Shown piece after piece: positions 39,285-52,799 of a stretch of 64,000 nucleotides of DNA (the stretch's first letter is position 1; each line of letters opens with the position of its first letter). The stretch is from Octopus vulgaris (lineage: Eukaryota), in contig OX597814.1 of assembly GCA_951406725.2 (NCBI GenBank), forward strand, positions 189,844,001 through 189,908,000, in the 5' to 3' direction. The position numbers and the translations under genes were made by a program. The notes below the pieces were generated by a model, which searched no databases, was not told the DNA's origin, and was given only the letters and a program-made list of their open reading frames with translations.

Positions 39285-42125
39285 TATCTCACTCACTAAA
39301 AATCGGTTTCGATAGACGGTGCCTATCCAAGAAATGGATAGTTGAACTACAGTCCAGCAACCTCTCCTCAAGAGGAACACTACAAAATCCACTGAAGGAT
39401 AAACTATAGAGCAGACAGCTATTAAGAACATTATAGCCACATTTTTATGTTGTAACACATGTTTAATTCCACGTGAATCATCTGTTTTCTATCATGAAGT
39501 ATTGATCTATCTTGTGATGGTACATATCTTATAGAAGTGGTGTTGCCAACAGCCTAACGTATGCATTGTAAGATTTCAAGGACAAGAGACAGTTTGCTAA
39601 AAGAAACAGGTCATAAAAAATTATGCAACAATACGACAAAATCCAAAGAAGAAATACTTTAGATTGATTATTAATGCTAATATTTGAGAGGTCTCAGTAA
39701 ATAAAAAAACAGCTAATCCCAATGGTGCGGAGCATGCCAAACGTTGCACACAAAAACTGGAATATGACGACTGAATTGGAGCAAAAAGAAAAAAATATTA
39801 CAAACTAATATGACAGTGATATTCCATCCACGCAGACTACAGACTACATAGAGTTTTGTCATTCATAGTAATACAATGAATCTGTAATATAACTTTCAGA
39901 CTACATCAGAGTACCTTTCATAAGGGATATCCTTTAGGATATAATATCAAACGTATCAAACGTAAGAATAGGAGGAGAAAGAGAGTTAAAGATGAAGGTC
40001 TATAGATAAAGACGAAGTATTAATGAAGAAGGAGAAACAGAGAGACAGAAGAGAGAGAGAACAGTTGTAGGTGAAAGCAATTTTCAATATCACTCTCTTT
40101 TGCGTCTTTCCTCAGCAGCGCTACATTCCTTACAGATTCCCAGAGTTGTAAATATTTTTGGCACTGTGTGGTAGCATTTTCGTCACAAAACAGATGGAAT
40201 TGTCAAAGCTAAATCACAAGCACTTAGATATAAATAAATAAAAGTTGTTCATTGAACGCGATTGCAGAGACGCGACGTTATAGCGAAATCGCAATCCGTT
40301 CTTTGAAGGACCGGTACAAGGGCGAACTACGTGACTTTCCATCGGGGCTTTGCTCAACTGGCCAAGGCGAGTGATGGACCGCAGATCACCTTGAATTTTT
40401 GTGTCAATCTCTGTGGTCTCTCCTGGACTGTGACAGAGGAGGCAAAGTGCTGAGAAAAGCTAACAACGACAGCTGAATTACATTAAGTGGTTGTTTAGGA
40501 AGTAAATTACCCGCTTTACATTCTCCGCCTTATGAACTTTACTAATGCATGTCAGATGTGTTCACTGATGCTTTAGCAGATGTCCACTGATATTGGCAAC
40601 AATTTCTTAGACACTTGCCTGGCGATATACATTCGCGCATCCCACTCTCAAGATGTTTATTTCGGAGTTATTGGTTCTGTGAAGGATTATTAATACATTC
40701 TAGTTGGGGAAAACTGTTCATATAGACCCAGATCCATTGGAATTGTTTTTCATAGTCCTACATTTTCCAGTTTTCTTCTTACCGAGCACCTAATATATAC
40801 TTGTTTAGGAGTTGTGACTTCCACTCCCCTCTCTCTCTGTTCCCAAGTTCGTAGGAGTTATTTTATGGTTTTAATTCTATGAACTCCATCAATTCATTGT
40901 TATTGCGAGTAGTTAAGAGTGTTGCTGTTGGTTTTGTAATTGCCCTTACATTTATTGTTGTTATAGTTATGGTTTTTCATGTTTTTGACCAGTTATTATA
41001 GTTGATTTTACTGTTCGTATTTGTTTTTGATATTTTTTAGCATCTGACAGGTCAGTCAAACACACTATTCTTCTCGGTAGTTTAGGTCTGCCAGCATTTC
41101 TGAATTTAAGGCTCTTTTTCCTTTTAGACCTGAACAAAGAGGAGTTTCCTTATTCAACTCTATCGCTTTACGAGATGTTTAAAGAAGACAAAGACAATGG
41201 CATGTCCGAGAAAATTTCAGTTTTTAATTCGCGCGAGAGCATTAGTGAAAAGGCTTTCATGAAGGAAAGATGCTTGCTTTTCAGATAATAATTTTAGCGG
41301 CTAATTTTGCCATTTTTTTTTCGTTTTGCTTTGTTAATGGTATTGACAGCAGTGTCGCTTGTATTGTAATCACTGCTTTATATAGAAGTAGAAAAACCTA
41401 AGATGGTTAATACCACTGCAATAAAAGGGCTCTTTTTTTCTTTTTAATTTTTGTCCTTCAGCTTCACTGGTGCCATAAATAATTGCGTTTCTTCAATATG
41501 GAATTGATCTGTCAGTTTTACAGTTTGCCGCTGTGACTAATATTTAGTACCTAGATTTCCAACGGAAGACCGATACATTGTATAACCTCGTTACTATTGT
41601 ACTACCACAAAATTCCGCTAATCTGTGCTTCGTGCTACCAGTGCCATCTTAAGACACATCTGGCAACTGTCCGAGAGCCTCACAGCCCAAGAGACTCAAT
41701 GCTAATCTATGTGTGAGATCAACAATTATTACAGGCCCCAGTGTTTCACATTAGTTTATAATGCTGTTAAGAATACTCTAAATGGCATATTATCAACCGT
41801 CAATAAGTTTGGATGATAACCCACAAACGTAGCGATTAGACTTAAATATCTCACAGATTCCTGGCGTTAATAGAATACTTCTCTGCTTCTTTCTCCCTTC
41901 TGAACAAGATTTCTGCTGACCCATTATATTTTCTACGTACTGAAATGTTTTCAAACATTTTGATACCTGATCACAATTTTTTACTTCCTGTTTGTGCACC
42001 AGTGTGCAATTATGCTCCTCATTTCACTATTCAACTTTCACTAATCCTGGATTAGGAGATACCAAGAGTTTTAAATATCCTCCTTCATTATAGAATGTTT
42101 TGAAACGAATCTAATAATCTAATAC

Positions 42126-42295
42126 GCGCAGAGGTGGCTGTGTGGTAAGTAGCTTGCTTACCAACCACATGGTTCCGGGTTCAGTCACACTGTGTGGCAC
42201 CTTGGGCAAGTGTCTTCTACTATAGCCTCAGGCCGACCAAAGCCTTGTGAGTGGATTTGGTAGACGGAAACTGAAAGAAGCCCGTCGTATATATG

Positions 42296-42338
<43 letters not shown>

Positions 42339-42557
42339 ATGTTTGTGTGTCTGTGTTTGTCCCCAAAACATCTCTTAACAACCGATGCTGGTGTGTTTAC
42401 GTCTCCGTAACTTAGCGCTTCAGCAAAAGAGACCGATAGAATAAGTACTAGGCTTACAAAGAATACGTTCTGGGGTCGATTTGCTCGACTAAAGGCGGTG
42501 CTCCAACATGGCCGCAGTCGACTGAAACAAGGAAAAGAGTAAAGAGTAAAAAGAGTA
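42126..42557 (+). mobile_element. SINE-A full length
   Basis: Matches other copies. Confidence 0.9.
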
Positions 42558-42623
42558 TCAAAATAAATAAGATTGGGCGGTAATTTACAGAGTCAGTGTT
42601 CACGATCAAGAGAAACTCGGATA

Positions 42624-42716
42624 GAAGAAGAAGAAGAAGAAGAAGAAGAAGAAGAAGAAGAAGAAGAAGAAGAAGAAGAAGAAGAAGAAGAAGAAGAAGA
42701 AGAAGAAGAAGAAGAA
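42624..42716. repeat. (GAA)n microsatellite
   Basis: Direct reading. Confidence 0.97.
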
Positions 42717-43050
42717 AAACAAGAAGAAAAACAAGAAGAAAAAGAAATTCTAAGGTTACACCAGATACCATACTAAAATATGGTGAGAGATAACCTACCC
42801 AGGTGAAGTTGGTCGGGACCTTCTGAACCTCTCCAGGTAAACGTGGTTACGTATAAGGCCATAGATATTAAATACCTTTCTCTTTTCTCTTCTGAGTGCG
42901 AGGAATAAAATACTATTGTGCTACCCAGCGCAAGATAACCTTCCTAGATGAGGGAAGACAGGCCCATCTGAGCTACTTTAAGCAAACCTGTGGGGTAAGG
43001 ATATACTGAGGTACTAAATATCATATGATTTTCATTTAAATAATACAGAT

Positions 43051-43450
43051 CAGGTGCAGGAGTGGCTGTGTGGGTGGTAGCTTGCTTACCAACCGCATGG
43101 TTCTGGGTTCATTCCCACTTCGTGGCACCTTGGACAAGTATCTTCTACTGTAGCCTCGGGCCGACCAAAGCCTTGCGAGTGGATTTGGTAGACGGAAACT
43201 GATAGAAGCCCGTCGTATATATGTATATTTATATATGTATGTGTGTCTGTGTTTGTCCCCTTAACATCGCTTGACAACCGACGCTGGTGTGTTTACGTCT
43301 CCCGTAACTTAGCGGTTCAGCAAAAGAGACCGATAGAATAAGTACTAGGCCTCCAAAGAATAAGTCCTGGGGTAGATTTGCTCGACTAGAAGCGGTGCTC
43401 CAGCATGGCCGCAGTCAAATGACTGAAACAAGTAAAAGAGAAAAAGAGAG
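43051..43450 (+). mobile_element. SINE-A full length
   Basis: Matches other copies. Confidence 0.9.
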
Positions 43451-43559
43451 TATCGTACCACCTCGTTCGTCGTACGGTACACAGGGACGCGCTCCCTGTA
43501 GTGCACCATGATAGAATCGAAAAAGAAACTGCTGGAACTGACTCCCAAAATGACAGTGT

Positions 43560-46370
43560 AAACGGTAATTAGGACCGGGAAAACTCACTTTGAACTATTT
43601 GAACATCAACCACCAATAACACCAGTTATCAAAACACAAAGCAGAAAAGGATACCAGAGAAATATAAAGGGAAAATGAGCTTCTGAAGAGAATGTCAAAA
43701 CTGGAAAAGCCAAAAAAAAGAAAAGTTAATAACAAGTGAAAAAAATAAGAGATGAACGAAGTCTTCCTACTAACAAAGAGATTCTGAGACAATACGTCCA
43801 ATCGAAGAACAGAGGGTAAGAAGACAAGAAAAAGAAGTAAATTCTATTGACAGAGCAAGACCCAAACAAATTTTATAATGAAATTCAATTAGTCTCAAAG
43901 AAATTTTATAAGGAAACGGGGAAACAAGAAATAAAAATAAAAGATCCACTTAATATGAGTGAAGTTTAGGAATTTTTGAAGAACATCTTGAGTTTTCAAA
44001 AGAATATAAACGACGACACTGAACAGAGCTCAATATAATATCATTGAATGGGTATACGCTTGGAGGGAAAAAAGTGGGCGATAAGACTCGACAAAACATG
44101 AAGACCAATAAGCTAGAAAATACACGCAGAGACATATTAAGAAAGAGAAGACTCATACAATCCGAGCAAGATGTTATAAGGGTGCAAACCAGCCCAGCGC
44201 ATGAATAAGTTATATTAAACTAGCAGTATCGCCCGGCGTTGCTTGGGTTTGTAAGGGAAATAACTATAAAGCATTTTTAGAGAGTTATGGCCAAAAAATA
44301 GCAAAAAATGCATTAAAAATGGGAAAAAAATTATGGTAATTTTTTTTAAATCGTTGACTCATCGTAGACATTTTTAGAGAGTTACTTCCCTTATATAATA
44401 GCGAAAGAAATGCATTAAAATGGAAAAAGATGATGGTAAATTATTTTTAAAATCGTAGACTCATCGTAGACGTGCGCTAATACCCAGAAGGGCTCGATAT
44501 GAATCACGACTATAAGATACCCGGTTTTGGTTAAACTGCAACGCAAAATGTAGGAGTAGTTAGGAATCTAAATCGTAGGAGACAGACACACAACCTTACT
44601 TTTATATATAAAGATGTATATGATAGAATACTTGTAGCAGCTGTCCATAACAAGACAGTAGAAACTACGAGAAGATAATAATCAAGTGCCAGATGGCTAT
44701 GAAAATGTTATCCCACTTCTTGAATTACATAAGAAAGATTTCGTAGCAGTCAAGGAAGATATCATTAGAGAATTGAGTATAACCATATGCACTGAAAACT
44801 CAGAGACTAGCTGCAATAAAAAGGACGCATACCTAGTTAAAATGTATAATGCAGTAATGAAGGAAATAATGAAAAAAGAGGAAGCGAATATAATAACCAT
44901 GAATAACCTTGGGTACTTGGGTACTCTATGACAAAAGCTTTGGGCAACCAAATTGGATTTACAAATAAATAGGAAATTTGTCAACAAGCAAGCAAAATGG
45001 AAAGCTAAAATACAAAAATAAATTAAATAACTGCGAGAGGAATTGTTGCTTGTTCATGAGCTTTCGGAGGCAATGTCCAAGCTAGAAAAGTATGAAAAGG
45101 CAAAAGAAAAATAGCTGATGAACAAAATCTTCCTACCATCAAAGAGATTCTGAAATGACGCATAAAATTCTAAGCACAGTGGATGAGAAAATATGGAAAA
45201 AGAAGTAAATTCTATAGACAGCAAGAGTTTTTGAAACAAGTAAAGAAATTTTATAGAAAAATGGGGAAGCAGCCAAGAGAAATAAAGAATCGATCTAATA
45301 GGAATGAAATTGAGAAATTTTGGAAGAACATCTGGAGTATTCAAAAGAAAATAAGAAAGCAAGTTGGATTAAAAGGGAAAATGTGCAGATCAAAGATGTG
45401 AAACAGTAAAAACGGGTAGAGATGGGAGTGACGAGCTAAGGCAGGTCTCTAGAAAAACACAAAAATACAAGTAGTCGCCACGAAAAGATCAAATGCTAAA
45501 TAATTATATAAATACAGGAATACATAAAGCACTGGTCAATGAAATGACTGCGCTGATGCAAAACCATGAGAATGTCTGTTACTGGTTGACAGAAAGCATA
45601 ACGTGCCTTCTACCGAAAACACCAAAACCCAAAAAGAAAAGAAACTATAGACCTATTATATGCCTTACTACAACATACAAACTTCTGACTTCAATGCATC
45701 TCACTGAAAGAGTTTTTTATTAAGAAAACGCCTCATTCCACGGGAATACAAAGGAGGTAAACAAACTCAGCGCATGTAAAGACCAAGTGGAACCAGAAAA
45801 TTGCCATAAAAAGAATATGAAATTCAGTAATGCATCCAATGATTACCGAAAAGATTTCGACAGTTTCCCCCATAAGTGGATACAGAACACTTTCTTCGAC
45901 GTAGCATGACAAAATAGGTAATATCTCCCTTTTTAAATCAAATTAAACTATGAAAGTTTAGGTAAATTCATTTTGCCTATCATGTGCCGTATGATATTTT
46001 CCCACTTTTTGTGGACGGAATAATACAGTGTATTTATAGAAACTAACATAACACAACTACAACAACAGAAAAATCAATCACTTATTCGTTATGGACGACC
46101 AGAAACTATATGCCTTGCATGACCTGAAGTTAGAAGGACTCTCTACCAACGTTAAAGCAGTTGAGCAACGATATAGAAATGGGATTTGGATTTGTTGAGT
46201 GTACAAAAGCAACTGCTTTCAAAAGGGGAAAGTTCATCGCTGTATCATCCATTAAGCCCCACCTAGGCAGCACTACAAAAAAGAAATAAAATAAACAATC
46301 ATGAGGGTATCTACAAATATTTGGGTATGAAGAAGGGGGGCGGAATCCGTTATACTGAAATGGAGGAAAG
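43560..46370 (+). mobile_element. Degenerate R4/Dong-like non-LTR retrotransposon, interrupted by a Helitron-like element and ending at a mariner
   Basis: WLTESITCLLPK..NYRPIICLTTTYKLLTS (45493-45723), DY..FDS..HKWI near 45840, INHLFVMDDQKLYA near 46075, DIEMGFG; the upstream KR.KFYRQQ..KKFYR segment occurs twice (about 43700-43990 and 45050-45350). Confidence 0.78.
44220..44614 (-). mobile_element. Non-autonomous Helitron-like element
   Basis: A|TC start, cccaagcaacgccgggcgatactgCTAG|T end, no TSD. Confidence 0.82.
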
Positions 46371-47142
46371 AATCGTAATGGATAATCCCTTCCCAGTTCC
46401 ACCATACACTTCAACATCGTTTTACGCGGATGAAGATCTTGTTTCACGCGTGGTATCGCTTGTTTATGCTGCTTCATATTGATATACAGGCACCACTTTT
46501 CTCGCCAATTACGATTCGGTAAAGAAATCGTTACTTGTGTCTATAAGTTGAGCGGTGACGAGCAAGCAAACCAGCGGAGAGTGTGGTTCGTTGATTTTTG
46601 TTGTTGTCGCTTAAAGCATGCGGAACCCATGCTCCATACTGCTGAACATTTCCCATTGAGTGAAGATACTTCTCTATAGCAGTGTGGGAGCATTCCATTT
46701 TCTCTGCCAAGTCCCTTGTCGTTTGACGAGAATTTTCGTGCAAAAGTTGGTTTAATCGTTCTTCATCAAACTCAACTGGACGGCCAGAACGAGGTGCGTT
46801 TTTGAGATCAAAATTTCCATTTTTGAACTTGGCATACCAATCACGAGCGGTTCTTTCAGCTATGGCATCCTCTCTATACACAGCACAAATGTCGCGAGCA
46901 GATTTTGCGGCCTTAAAACCTTGATTAAAAGCAAAAAGGAGGTTTCGAAAATGCTCGTTTTTTTTTTAACTTGACATTTCATTTTAATGATCTGAAAATA
47001 AACAAAAATTAACTAAAATTAAAGGATTGCAAAATGATTAAAAAATAGAATTCTCGAAAAAAAATTGATTGCAAAATTTAAAAAACGCAATAAATTCCAA
47101 ATTTTAAAAAAAAATGGTGGTAACTTAGTTGCCAACCGAATA
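46370..47142 (-). mobile_element. Mariner (Tc1/mariner) transposon fragment, 5' TIR plus N-terminal transposase pseudogene
   Basis: TIR-like tattcggttggcaactaagt at 47142; HTH region ..WYAKFKNGNFDLKNAPRSGRP, WVPHAL (WVPHEL motif), DLHPRK; catalytic domain mostly lost. Confidence 0.88.
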
Positions 47143-47504
47143 TTTGATCTTCAGAGAATGGATGGAAAAACACGATGTCCTCTTAACGTCAACAAAAAAC
47201 GCAAACATATTAAGGCAGGCATCAACCAGCCAACATAAATTATGGAAACATATTTCAACAAAATCAAACATTAGAAGAATATATTTGTAAAAGGGGGAGA
47301 ATATTGAGGATAAATATTCAACCCGTAAAGTTTTTGTATTACTGATGACGCTATCGAAGATAAATGTTAACATCGTTGTGAGGACATTGACCTGAATCTT
47401 TCAACGGATTTACGAACCTGAAATATCATCAATAATGTTCACGTTGTTCTTTTTTACACATGCTGATACGTTAACATTGGAATAATCACTGCAAACGTTT
47501 ACTA

Positions 47505-47888
47505 CCTCTATAATAAAGCTGAAGTTATCTGTGTATGGCAAGTTTGGTAGCCTTCAACTAACACTATCTCCTCCGAGAACCTGCGGCGCAAGTTGACCAA
47601 AACTGAGAGCATGCTAGATGAAGGCTTGCTCTTCCTTCCGTAGAAGAAAAAATTCAAACGGACCATGTTAAGAACAAAAATTATTAACATCAAAAAGGTG
47701 ATTTTTTCTATGAAAAGTCCTATTTTTTTACGATATTTTGACTGCTGTGTCCCCATTTTTCGGTGTATTTCAACCAGAAAAATGTTCACTTAAAGAAAAT
47801 AACTACATAATGCAAAAGTTTTACTTTTCAAAAATTCCAATTCTAAAGAGTCGAAACAAACCCGAGCAACGCCGGGCGATACTGCTAG
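47505..47888 (+). mobile_element. Non-autonomous Helitron-like element
   Basis: Ends cccgagcaacgccgggcgatactgCTAG|T; 5' (c)ctctataataaag resembles the other copies; start is approximate. Confidence 0.72.
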
Positions 47889-48435
47889 TAAATGGATAAA
47901 AAGCAACACTGAGCAACGAGAGAGGAAAAGGAACATTTGGCATAAAGAAAAGTCAAAATAAAAATCTAGATTCGCATTCCATAGAACATAGGCCATCGAC
48001 AACTTTTCCCCATTCTTCCCGACATTGGACTGTCTTTTCCTTTCTCTCCCAGGTTGTTGGTTTGAATTGTCATTGATGCTTCTGTAACTTCATTTTTTTA
48101 TAAAGCTGTGGTGGTGACCCTGTGAAAACTCATTTTTGCCTCTAGGAAGAGGTGATCCATATTTGTCTGCCATCTATCCTTTGACCTGTCCAGTATGGTA
48201 AGCGCTACCAAGAGTTTTTACTCTGTTGTCATGGGTCCCAGGGTTATTGACTGGATAGAACTGCTTTCAACTACTAGGTTTAGTATCATTTCTCTCTCTC
48301 TCCCTCTCTCTTTTTCTCTCTACCTATTTCTACCAATCTATCTCTGTCTCACTATCTCTATCTCCACCTTATTCTCTCTCTTTCTATATCTCTCTCTCAC
48401 TTCAACTCTCTCTGTCTCTTTCTTTCTTTTTATTG

Positions 48436-48469
<34 letters not shown>

Positions 48470-48739
48470 ACTCTCTTCTCATCTCTTCTATCGTTATCTA
48501 TCTCTAACCTTTCCTCCCTCTTTCAATTTCAATCTCTTTCTCTCGGATTCACTTACGAGAAGGAGTCATAAGAGGAATATTCGCATAGTGTTGTTACTGT
48601 TCTTTTCGTCATCACACTATCTGCAGCTCAATAAAAGACCGACCTTAATTTAAATACCGACACCATACCTCACTAACTACTTTCTCTGTTGTCAAAGTTG
48701 CCCTTCATTAACCCATTGCGTCATCAGTACCGTCTTTAT

Positions 48740-49057
48740 ACTTTTCTTTTTTTCTCGCCCTTTTCAAGCCTAGCCAGGCTCATGGGCCCGGTTTCCCGGT
48801 TTCTGTGGCGTATATCTTCCCCCCAGCTGGACAGGACGCCCGTCCAACGCAGCGTTACTGAAGAAAAAGGAAGAGAGAGTGAGAGAAAGTTGTGGCGAAA
48901 GAGTACAACAGGGGTCGCCACCACCCTCTGCAGGAGCCTCGTAGATCTTTAGGTGTTTTCGCTCAATAAACACACACAACGCCCGGTCTAGAAATCGAAA
49001 TCTCGATCCTCCGACCGCGAGTCCGCTGCCCTAACCACTGGGCCATTGCGCATCCAC
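48740..49057 (-). mobile_element. SINE-C variant, tail type 2, different central domain
   Basis: tRNA-like head tggcccagtggttagg..ttcgatt; tail shared with the 61078 copy; flanking repeat accgtct.tat. Confidence 0.85.
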
Positions 49058-49135
49058 ACCGTCTATATCCTAACCCACGAAACATATAAACTTTGTTGGT
49101 CCATAAGAAAGTAGTATTTTCTTTAGAGGAATACC

Positions 49136-49551
49136 TATTTCTTTACTACCCACAAGGGGCTAAACACAGAGGGGACAAACAAGGACAGGCAAACGGATTA
49201 AGTCGATTACATCGACTCCAGTGCGTAACTGGTACTTAATTTATCAACCCCGAGAGGATGAAAGGCAAAGTCGACCTCGGCGGAATTTGAACTCAGGACG
49301 TAGCGACAGGCGAAATACCTATTTCTTTATTACCCACAAGGGGCTAAACATAGAAGGGAAAAACGGACGGACATAGGTATTAAGTCGGTTACATCGACCC
49401 CCAGTGCGTAACTGGTACTTAATTTATCGACCCCGAAAGGATGAAAGGCAAAGTCGACCTTGGCGGAGTTTGAACTCAGAACGCAGCGGCAGACGAAATA
49501 CTGCTAAGCATTTCGCCCGGCGTGCTAACGTTTTTGCCAGCTCGCCGCCTT
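49136..49551 (-). mobile_element. SINE-B, one head plus 2 units
   Basis: Junction gaaata|ggtatttcg near 49319; TSD ttctttagaggaatacc. Confidence 0.92.
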
Positions 49552-50683
49552 TCTTTAGAGGAATACCATAAAATAAAAACTTAAACCGTAGTAGAGGCAA
49601 CCCCATGACTTGGTCTCGATTCTTAGTTGAAGCTACTTCACTTACTCTGTTAATACCCTTCTTAAAACATTAACGTTTCAACAACAGCGATTTCGCCTTC
49701 TCTATAAATCTAGAACCTTATGCCCTTCATAAGATTAAATCAATATTTACTGTGAATTTATGTAGCCATAGTGCTAAAGTTGAACACATTATGAAAACTA
49801 GTTTTATCAATGTTGAAATACATAAAAACAAAACTAAACAGATATTTCATGTTAAAATAATCTAGTCTTTCAGGATTTTCAATTGCTCCATGATGCAAAT
49901 TTTCCATTAGAAAAAAGTAATTGCAGTCCTTGTAAAAGATTACTTAAATGTTGAGTTTGAACTTAAAAAAAAAAAATACTAATAATAAATCAATGCTAAA
50001 ACGCGCATGCTCACAAAATTGCAAGTCATTTTTCATTTCCGAATCACATGAAGTTCAATGCTTGGAAATGACTACAAATTTATTTTTACTGATTGGTCTT
50101 ACGCCAAAAATGTTTAGTGAAACAAAACTACCTATAAATAACAAAAACAAATCAACAGTACATTGATAAATCAATAACTTCAATATTAAATTTCCAACAT
50201 TTGCAGTTCTAGTTTGTTGTCTAGCCAATAAAGGAAATTCACCAAGAAAAGAGAAAATATTCACTAAGATTAAAAAAAAAACAAAGAGAATAGATAGTAA
50301 AAACATGATGATGAAGAATGCTCAAAACCAATCTTTCAATGTTTACATTTAACGCTTCCTTACAACTCCATTTAAAACGCATTTCAAAGTATTTTTATAA
50401 TTATTTTTATCTACAGTCAAAAACTAACTGTAACCTTTTAGTGACGGTATTTTACGTTTATTCGAGCGGAATATTATTTTTTTTTATTTATTGATGCTTA
50501 ATATTACTCCAGGATGAAGTTGTTTTACTTCTGTCGTTTCGCTAATGTCTATGGCAAAAGAATAAATGCCGCAAAATCTCATTTACCTTCTTAGATAAAC
50601 ATGAAGCTCACTGCCAATATAAACTATCCACGTTTACGTTGCTCATCAAACAGTATATACGATATGTACCATATCGCTTTAAT

Positions 50684-51089
50684 CTCTTTTACTTGTTTCA
50701 GTCATTTGTACTGTGGCCATGCTGGAGCACCACCGCCTTTAGTCGAGCAAATCGACCCCAGGACTTATTCTTTGGAAGCTTAGTACTCATTCTATCGGTC
50801 TTTTTTGCCGAACCGCTAAGTTATGAGGACGTAAACACACCAATATCGGTTGTCAAGCGATGTTGGGGGAACAAACACAGACACACAAACATATACACAC
50901 ACACACATGCATATATATAGACATATATACGACGGGCTTCTTTCAGTTTCCGTCTACCCAATTCACTCACAAGGCTTTGGTCGGCCCGAGGCTATAGTAG
51001 GAGACACTTGGCCAAAGTACCACGCAGTGGGACTGAAACCGGACCATGTGGTTGGTAAGCAAGCTACTTACCACACAGCCACTCCAACG
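50684..51089 (-). mobile_element. SINE-A full length
   Basis: Matches other copies. Confidence 0.9.
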
Positions 51090-51373
51090 CATATATATAT
51101 ATATATATATATAGGGTAGCGAATATTCGTTATAAATACCACGACCAGTGGTCTAGCGTATATAATAGTCAATAGACAACATATTCATATTTTTAAAATA
51201 GTGTACATTTAAACAGAAAAGAAAACTACCATTTAACAGGTAATTTTTACATGCTAGGAATAGCAGCCAACACGGCCAAACCCACGAAAATTGCTATTAA
51301 ATCGTGGTTTTGGCCGTGTTGGCTGCTTTTTCCTAGCATGCAAAATTTACCTGTTAAATTGTAGTTTTCTTTT

Positions 51374-51418
<45 letters not shown>

Positions 51419-52021
51419 ATAAATAAAATATATGCATACATACAAACATATATGTACGTACCTACATCTACATGCATATATACATGCATATATAAATATA
51501 TATATACGTGAGTACAGGACACCACAACTAGACGTAGAACTCAACGAGAAACGAAAACGGAAAAGCCATTTTTTTACGGAACTCAACGAGAAACGAAAAC
51601 GAGAAAAACAAAATTTTTTTACAACAGAAAAACAGAGTACAGGACATACTATACAAGGAAAAATCCCCAATCATCAGCTGTCGCTAGTTAGACTCAAGCG
51701 TGTTTCAAATATATGTATGTATACAAATTTTTCATCGGCTAGACTATTTAAAAGCAACGATGAATAAGAGAGAACCTTGTGGCTAGACAAGGTCGTGAAC
51801 TGATTTTGACCTTGGTCTAATTCACGTCTATTTCACTTTTTTTTCAGTTGTCTTTGGAAAAGGCATCATTGTAAATAGTTTACAAAAAGAAACAACTTTA
51901 ACATAATTGTAGCCCTGAAATATTATGTAATATAACGTTCTTCAAATATTAATAATCGTGAAGATTTACGTCAGTCTTCATTATCAACACCATCATCATC
52001 ATCATCATTATTATTATTATT

Positions 52022-52576
52022 GAGAGAGAGAGCAGTGCATGCCATCAAAGTGACATTGGGGTAAAATATACGAAGCCCAATATACCCATCATGACTACCC
52101 GTCTGATAAGGATATACTAGGCACATGCATCATAACCATATGTGCGCGACATGGTGATCTCATATCAAGATAAACAGCGCATGGCCTTGCAGGTGGGGGC
52201 CCAGTTAGAATTTTCTTCTGGTCGAGTAACACATCCCGCTCAATAGGTCCCTGAATAAGGGTTATTTAACGATGTTAAACGAAACACCCATGTTTCCAGA
52301 GGTGAATTATTCAAACTCCAAAGAATCCCTCTCAACACATGGCTATGATGCTCCCCCACTACTTCTGCCCATGATCAGAGATACACGTATCATCAGCCAC
52401 TAAGGGACATGGTCAACTGGTTAAGATCAAACAAATGACAAGCAAATATGTGGTATTGTGCAGAATATTTGCTGTAGCCCATCTTTTGTACCAAGGCAAA
52501 ACAATGTACATGACAACACTTCCAATCAGTTAAGATCAGAAGCCACGAGAGCCACTGCTTGGTACTGTATCAGGGC
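52022..52576. mobile_element. Full copy of the (AAT)n-associated element, opposite orientation
   Basis: Reverse complement of 8114-8667 plus the gccctgat.cagtacca end seen at 8716. Confidence 0.85.
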
Positions 52577-52799
52577 ATTTATTACCATCATCATCATCAT
52601 CATCGTCATCGTCATCATCATCATCATCATCATCAGCGTCACCGTCGTCGTCGTCGTTGGTGGTGTTGTTGTTGTTGTTGTTGCTGTTGTTGTTGTTTTT
52701 GTTGTTATCATTATTATTTTCTAAATGGGACTCTAAAAGATAGCGAAGGATCATCCCTCAGACAAACTGCTTGAAATTTAAAAAAATTAAAACATTTCC

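Noticed and set aside
42454-42793. Poly-E, poly-R and poly-L ORFs
   Set aside because: Translations of the (GAA)n tract.
51660-51712. Minus-strand gaaa..ctgatga as a type II hammerhead
   Set aside because: Stems I and III do not pair convincingly.
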